Part shown: positions 27,148 through 32,000 of the stretch, one piece after another
How positions within the stretch are numbered: position 1 is the stretch's first letter
How the letters are laid out: each line of letters starts with the position of its first letter
NCBI RefSeq assembly: GCF_000014265.1
Contig: NC_008312.1
Span: 7,320,001 to 7,352,000, forward strand
Direction: 5' to 3'
DNA: 32,000 nt
Source: Trichodesmium erythraeum IMS101
GTDB lineage: Bacteria > Cyanobacteriota > Cyanobacteriia > Cyanobacteriales > Microcoleaceae
Position numbers and translations under genes: made by a program
The notes under the pieces: model-generated
Databases searched by the model: none
Told to the model about the DNA's origin: nothing
What the model saw: only the letters and a program-made list of their open reading frames with translations

Positions 27148-29388
27148 ATGTATACCATGAAAATGATTGGTCAACTGCTAGATGGACGTTACCGTGTCGT
27201 TCAAATTCTTAATTCTGGTGCATTTGGACAAACCTATTTGGCGGCTGATACTCGTCGTCCAGGGCATCCTCAATGTGTAGTTAAGGTGCTAAGGACTCCT
27301 AGTAACAGTTTACTCAAAACTGCTCACCGTTTGTTCAAGCAAGAGGCAGAAATATTAGAAAAATTAGGTAGGCATTCTCAGATTCCTTTATTACTAGCTT
27401 ACTTTGAAGAAAATAATCAATTTTATTTGGTAGAAGAATTTATTTATGGAACACCATTGGAGAAAGAAATTATACCTGGTAAACCTTGGTCGGAAAAACA
27501 AGTAATTAAGCTACTATTAGAAATCTTAGAAATCTTAGGGTTTGTACATAGATATGAGGTTATTCATCGAGATGTTAATCCATCAAACTTAATTAGACGC
27601 CAACTAGATAGAAAATTAGTTTTAATTGACTTTGGTTCAATTAAAGAAATGAGTCATCAGATAGCACAAGAAAATGGAGCAAGACAAAGAACTATTGCTA
27701 CAGGTACCCCCTCCTATATGCCTATCGAACAATTTCAAGGTATTCCTCAATATAATAGCGATATATATGCAGTAGGTATGATTGGTATTCAAGCTCTAAC
27801 AGGAATTCCTAGTGGTGAACTGCCAAAACTACAAGATATGAGTAAATCAAATTCTAGTGGCATACTCTGGCGCAGTCAGGCACAATGTTCCTCAAATTTA
27901 GCTGATATCCTGGAAAAAATGGTACATTGTCATTATGCTCAACGTTACCAGTCTATAGAAAAAGTTGTTATAGCCCTAGAAAAAATTAACCGCCGTTCTA
28001 AAATAGAGATACCACTCAAACTACCATTAGTTCAAAATCAGATAAGTAGTTCTCAAACTCAAACAACTGTATTTGAAATGCTATCGCGTTCATTATGGTT
28101 TACTTTATTTGGTTTTGCCAGCGTAGGGATCATTGCAGTATTAATTGCAGTAGTAAGTTTTTTTAATCGTCCCAACTCTATTAAAGCAGAGAAAGTATTT
28201 AAACAAGGGGAAGAACGTGCCAGAGATGGTGATATACCAGCAGCAATTTTATTATACAGCAAAGCGATCAAAGGTTTTGAAAAACCAGAGTATTTTTACG
28301 GAAGGGGGAATGCTTATTATGAGTTAAAAAACTACCAAAATGCTATTAGTGACTACACGAAAGCGATCCTTCTTAACCCTAGCAATGTTAATGCCTATTT
28401 TAACAGAGGTGTGGTTTATTTTGAGCAACAAAATTATCCTAAAGCAATTAATGATTTCACCCAAATATTACGCCTTCAACCTGAACATGCTGAAGCTTAC
28501 TATAAACGAGGATTAGTTTACTACAAATCCCAAGACTATCTTAAGGCAATTCAAGATTACACTCAAGTCATTGGACTGCGACCGAATACTTTAGATGCTT
28601 ATAATGCTTACCTTGGTAGAGGGGTAGCTTATGCAGCTAATAATAATTTACAAAAAGCGATAGCAGATTATACCCAGATGATTAAAATTAAACCCCAAAA
28701 AATAGATGGTTATTATAGAAGAGGTAGAGCTAGGTTTTTTATGGGAGATTATCAAGGTTCTTTAGATGATTATAATCAAGTTATTAAAATAAACCCAAAA
28801 AATGAAGACGCTTATGCTAGACGTTGTAGCACATACTTGAATTTAGCAGAGTATGAAAAAGCTGCATCTGACTGCACTGAAGCAATTAAAATTAGACCTA
28901 AAAATGAAGTTGCTTATAATAATCGATGTATTGCTTATCTAAATTTACAAGAGTATCAAAAAGCTATATCTGATTGTACTAAAAGAATTGAACTTGAACC
29001 CCAAAATGCTGAAGGTTATATTAACAGAGGTTTGGCTTATACTGAAGACATGCAATTGCAAAAGGCTATAGAAGATTATACTCAAGCAATAGGATTAAAC
29101 CCAAACAAGCCTGAAGCTTATGCAAATCGTGCTAATGTTTACAATGAACAAAAAAACTATCAGCAAGCGATCGCTGATTATGTTCAAGCTATTAGACTTA
29201 ACCCCGAATATGCACGAGCTTATTACAGTAGAGGATTAGTGAGGGTTAATATGGGAGATATAAAAGGAGCAATTAGTGATTTGGATACAGCCGCTCAACT
29301 TTATTTAGCTCAAGGTCGTGCAGGAGGTTATAAAGATGCTCAATATGAAATTGAAAAATTGAAAAAATTAGATTGCCAGAATTGTTGA
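27148..29388 (+). CDS. Ser/Thr protein kinase / single TM / TPR-repeat protein
   Basis: Hanks-type motifs are intact: LNSGAFGQTYLA, CVVKVL (Lys), FKQEAEILEKL (Glu), VIHRDVNPSNL (HRD at 27565-27573), LIDFGSIKE (DFG), GTPSYMPIEQ and DIYAVGMIGIQALTG. A TM helix LWFTLFGFASVGIIAVLIAVVSFF is followed by about 10 TPR motifs. Confidence 0.9.
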   Translation: MYTMKMIGQLLDGRYRVVQILNSGAFGQTYLAADTRRPGHPQCVVKVLRTPSNSLLKTAHRLFKQEAEILEKLGRHSQIPLLLAYFEENNQFYLVEEFIYGTPLEKEIIPGKPWSEKQVIKLLLEILEILGFVHRYEVIHRDVNPSNLIRRQLDRKLVLIDFGSIKEMSHQIAQENGARQRTIATGTPSYMPIEQFQGIPQYNSDIYAVGMIGIQALTGIPSGELPKLQDMSKSNSSGILWRSQAQCSSNLADILEKMVHCHYAQRYQSIEKVVIALEKINRRSKIEIPLKLPLVQNQISSSQTQTTVFEMLSRSLWFTLFGFASVGIIAVLIAVVSFFNRPNSIKAEKVFKQGEERARDGDIPAAILLYSKAIKGFEKPEYFYGRGNAYYELKNYQNAISDYTKAILLNPSNVNAYFNRGVVYFEQQNYPKAINDFTQILRLQPEHAEAYYKRGLVYYKSQDYLKAIQDYTQVIGLRPNTLDAYNAYLGRGVAYAANNNLQKAIADYTQMIKIKPQKIDGYYRRGRARFFMGDYQGSLDDYNQVIKINPKNEDAYARRCSTYLNLAEYEKAASDCTEAIKIRPKNEVAYNNRCIAYLNLQEYQKAISDCTKRIELEPQNAEGYINRGLAYTEDMQLQKAIEDYTQAIGLNPNKPEAYANRANVYNEQKNYQQAIADYVQAIRLNPEYARAYYSRGLVRVNMGDIKGAISDLDTAAQLYLAQGRAGGYKDAQYEIEKLKKLDCQNC

Positions 29389-30003
29389 TAGCTTTAGGTA
29401 TTTCCGTGGTGGAATGCTCTGCAAACAGCTATTAGCTTTAGTCAAAACTATTGGTTGTACAAAATTTATTTGAGCACAACTCTCAGGCTTTGTTAGCAAA
29501 AAAATCAAAGTTAGATTATAAGTAGGTTTTGCTGGTTAGCTCTCAAAGGATTGACTAATATTAACAAGTGCCTTTTTGTGTTTCAAAAAAGTCTCAACTT
29601 TATTAATAAAATAGTAACATATATGTTTAAAAAAACAACTCAAAAGTCTTCTGATCGATGGAGGAGGCTTTAAACCAAAATTTTCGTCGGCTCGGTTACC
29701 TATAATCTAGTATAATCTATCTAATAAAATAACCAATTCTCTGTTTTTTCCTACTAGGATTATTTAACTGAATTACACCCAAATAACCAGGGAAAAAACA
29801 TTTTTCCTCCTAAATTTGACTTAGGATATTTTTACTTATAGCATATTTCAGGTTTATGAGGTAGGGCTATGCGGCCAAATGCCTGTACTACATAATTTTT
29901 ATCATTTATTCTGTATATCTGATGCTTGAAATTAGTTGTATGTTTTGCCTAGGGTTAGTCTAAGTCTAAGAATGGTATACTGAATTTGTGATTAAAGAGA
30001 ATA

Positions 30004-30819
30004 ATGTCGGATAAAAAAATCATCACACTCTTAACTGATTTTGGATTAAAAGATGTCTATGTAGGTGTAATGAAGGGTATAATTGCTCAAATTAACCCTC
30101 ATTTAAAAGTCATCGACCTGACTCATCAAATTCCTCCTCAAAATTTATTTGCTGCTAGATTTTGTTTGCTAAATGCTTATCCTTATTTTCCTTCAGAAAC
30201 AGTTCATCTTGCTGTTGTGGATCCGGGAGTTGGGAGTAGAAGAAAAGCGATCGCTATTCAACTACCCAATGGTTTTTTAGTTGGACCTGACAATGGTATT
30301 TTTAGTGGAATTTTGGAAAATTTTGAAATACAAAATATCCAGGTAGTTACCCTTACTAATTCTGAGTATTGGCACACAGATAAACCTAGTGTAACTTTTC
30401 ACGGCCGAGATATATTTGCTCCTGTTGCTGCTCATATTAGTAGTGGGGTGAGGTTAGAAAATTTGGGAGAAAAAATTAATCCAGAAAGTTTAGTGAAATT
30501 ACCTTTAAATAATATTAATTTCACGGATTCAGGTCTTGCAGGTTGGATTCAGCATATTGACCATTTTGGCAATATAATTACTAATATTTCTAGAAGTTAT
30601 ATTATAGAAAAAAATTGGTTCCTTGTTGTTAATAATAATGCGGATTTTTCACCTGGTAAAATCATCTCTAGTGGTTATACTTATGCTGATTGTAAACTAG
30701 GGGAGTTAATTGCAATTATTGGCTCTCATGGTTTTGTCGAAATTGCTGCTAATGGTGGTAGTGCTGGGGAGCAACTTAATTTAAAGTATGGGGATAAAGT
30801 TGAAGTTCGTTGGTTTTAA
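30004..30819 (+). CDS. DUF62 / SAM hydroxide adenosyltransferase (SAM hydrolase) family protein
   Basis: 271 aa. Family hallmarks are ITLLTDFGLKDVYVGVMKG, HLAVVDPGVGSRRKAIAI, LVGPDNGIFS and VTFHGRDIFAPVAAHISSG. The Asp/Arg/His residues typical of the hydroxide-adenosyltransferase branch appear to be present. Confidence 0.9.
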   Translation: MSDKKIITLLTDFGLKDVYVGVMKGIIAQINPHLKVIDLTHQIPPQNLFAARFCLLNAYPYFPSETVHLAVVDPGVGSRRKAIAIQLPNGFLVGPDNGIFSGILENFEIQNIQVVTLTNSEYWHTDKPSVTFHGRDIFAPVAAHISSGVRLENLGEKINPESLVKLPLNNINFTDSGLAGWIQHIDHFGNIITNISRSYIIEKNWFLVVNNNADFSPGKIISSGYTYADCKLGELIAIIGSHGFVEIAANGGSAGEQLNLKYGDKVEVRWF

Positions 30820-30825
30820 GTTAGT

Positions 30826-32000
30826 CAGGACTTACGCAAAGACACTATATATAGCGCATGACAATTTCGACGGACTTCACTCTTTGTCACGTGCGTTAGC
30901 GGAGCTTTGCGTTAGCAATCACCTAACTATTTTTATTCAAAAAACTAATAGTAATTCAAGTCAAATAACCTTCATTTTAATTGAAGAATATTTCAATTTA
31001 TCGGTTAGATATTTTGATAATAATCCATGCTTAACTTGATAAATACTTTTGCCTATTTTCGAGGCAAATCTTTTTAACAAGTTCCACACGCTCCATTGCA
31101 CAAGCAATATGATTTTCTGAATTATTCGCAGACGACACGCTCCACGGGTCCTAAACCTGTTAATTGCTTAATTTCTTGATTGATATCTTCGATTTTCCAT
31201 CAAGTTTGAGATTCAAACTCTACATCTAAAGAGTGATGATTGAGTCAGGTAATTAGTAACAATATATTATGTCCTGTTGGCAGATACACATAATCCAAAA
31301 TATTTTTACCTTTTTGTATCGTGGAAACCCTTTAATTTTAATTATTTTTCCTGATTTTTTTTCTGCTTCATTCCAATTTAAATCTTGAGCTTTTTTGTAT
31401 TTTTCTACACCTCGTGTATCATCAACGCGCGCGATTATTTTTTAAAGGACAGTAGTAAATTTTTCTATCATTATCTATTAATCCCATTAATCTTTGTGTT
31501 ACATACCAGCTATCCATATAATACTGTTTTAAATAGTATTTTCTTATTATTTATGGCCATGCATGTATCATTTCTTCAACACTCTTCTATTTTTGTTTTC
31601 TTGTCAGTATCTGGGTCATAAATCCTATAATCTATAATCCATAATTGTTCATTCCTCGATTAAAATATACACAATTAACTATTCCAAGACCCACGAACTT
31701 CGCAGCTGATAGAACGCAAACAACTTGATATTCATTACCACTATATTGTCGTCGTGTAAGCTCAATATTATATCCATACTTTTTATTAATTACTGTATTA
31801 TCAAAAATTAAATAAGCTTCTGTATCTGAAACAAATTCTTCTTTTTCATGTGCGAAGCAAACATTTTGCCATAAATCTTCTGAATTCAAAGACTAATATC
31901 TTAAATAGCGATTTATTGTATCATGACTAATATTTTCGCTCTGGATTTGCGGCGTAGCGTTATAGTAAAATTTGTGTGAGATTTAAGTAAATATTGACAG
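30826..32000 (-). mobile_element. decayed DDE-transposase insertion sequence (IS4/IS701-like; family tentative), truncated by window end
   Basis: The minus-strand reading contains stops and frameshifts. It gives ...ENISHDTINRYLRY*SLNSEDLWQNVCFAHEKEEFVSDTEAYLIFDNTVINKKYGYNIELTRRQYSGNEYQVV...GLGIVNCVYFN at about 31632-31960. It then gives IIARVDDTRGVEKYKKAQDLNWNEAEKKSGKIIKIKGFPRYKKVKIFWI at about 31290-31440, followed by QEIKQLTG. The C-terminal GKSIYQVKHGLLSKYLTDKLKYSSIKMKVI* has its stop at 30961-30963. The outer edge is placed at the CAGGACTTACGCAAAG motif (30826), which is an assumption. Confidence 0.6.

Noticed and set aside
30788-31889. ORFs 30788-31039 (+), 31385-31621 (+) and 31632-31889 (-)
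   Set aside because: All lie within the decayed IS at the right edge. Only the minus-strand one is a genuine transposase fragment. None is an intact gene.
1-32000. Scan for tRNA, rRNA, tmRNA, RNase P and group II intron/RT signatures
   Set aside because: I recognised none by eye. There is no GTTCGAATC-type T-arm in a cloverleaf context, no rRNA-like conserved blocks and no reverse-transcriptase motifs in any frame. A covariance-model scan would be needed to be certain.

Overview
This is an AT-rich cyanobacterial chromosome segment. I located at least 14 copies of the HIP1 octamer GCGATCGC, an STRR-like heptamer repeat, long non-coding spacers and many TPR genes. Composition and gene content resemble a filamentous marine cyanobacterium such as Trichodesmium, but that is inference only.

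Layout from left to right:
1. A truncated exported-protein gene and an 82-bp tandem duplication.
2. Three tandem minus-strand genes, each fusing a long TPR array to a C-terminal PAPS-type sulfotransferase domain. An internally deleted relic of a fourth copy and eroded TPR-coding debris also lie in this array.
3. A divergently oriented 1035-aa protein made of three complete family-2 glycosyltransferase modules. The middle module carries an in-frame 93-nt tandem duplication.
4. An orphan NrdG-like radical-SAM activase, isolated inside about 2.2 kb of non-coding DNA.
5. A Ser/Thr-rich disordered ORF, then mnmE.
6. A secreted protein whose PEP-CTERM sorting signal has been displaced into another frame.
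7. A DUF2062 membrane protein.
8. A three-member family of Ser/Thr-kinase / TM / TPR genes at three stages of life. One is a dead relic split by a decayed IS4-family element. One is an intact predicted pseudokinase sitting just behind an intact IS630 element. One is a canonical kinase.
9. A DUF62 SAM hydroxide adenosyltransferase-like gene.
10. A decayed DDE-transposase IS relic that runs off the right edge.

I saw no rRNA, tRNA or CRISPR array. The two best candidates for something undescribed are the TPR-sulfotransferase array facing the triple GT2, and the kinase/pseudokinase pair. Both are architecture-level inferences from motifs read by eye. No database search was possible.
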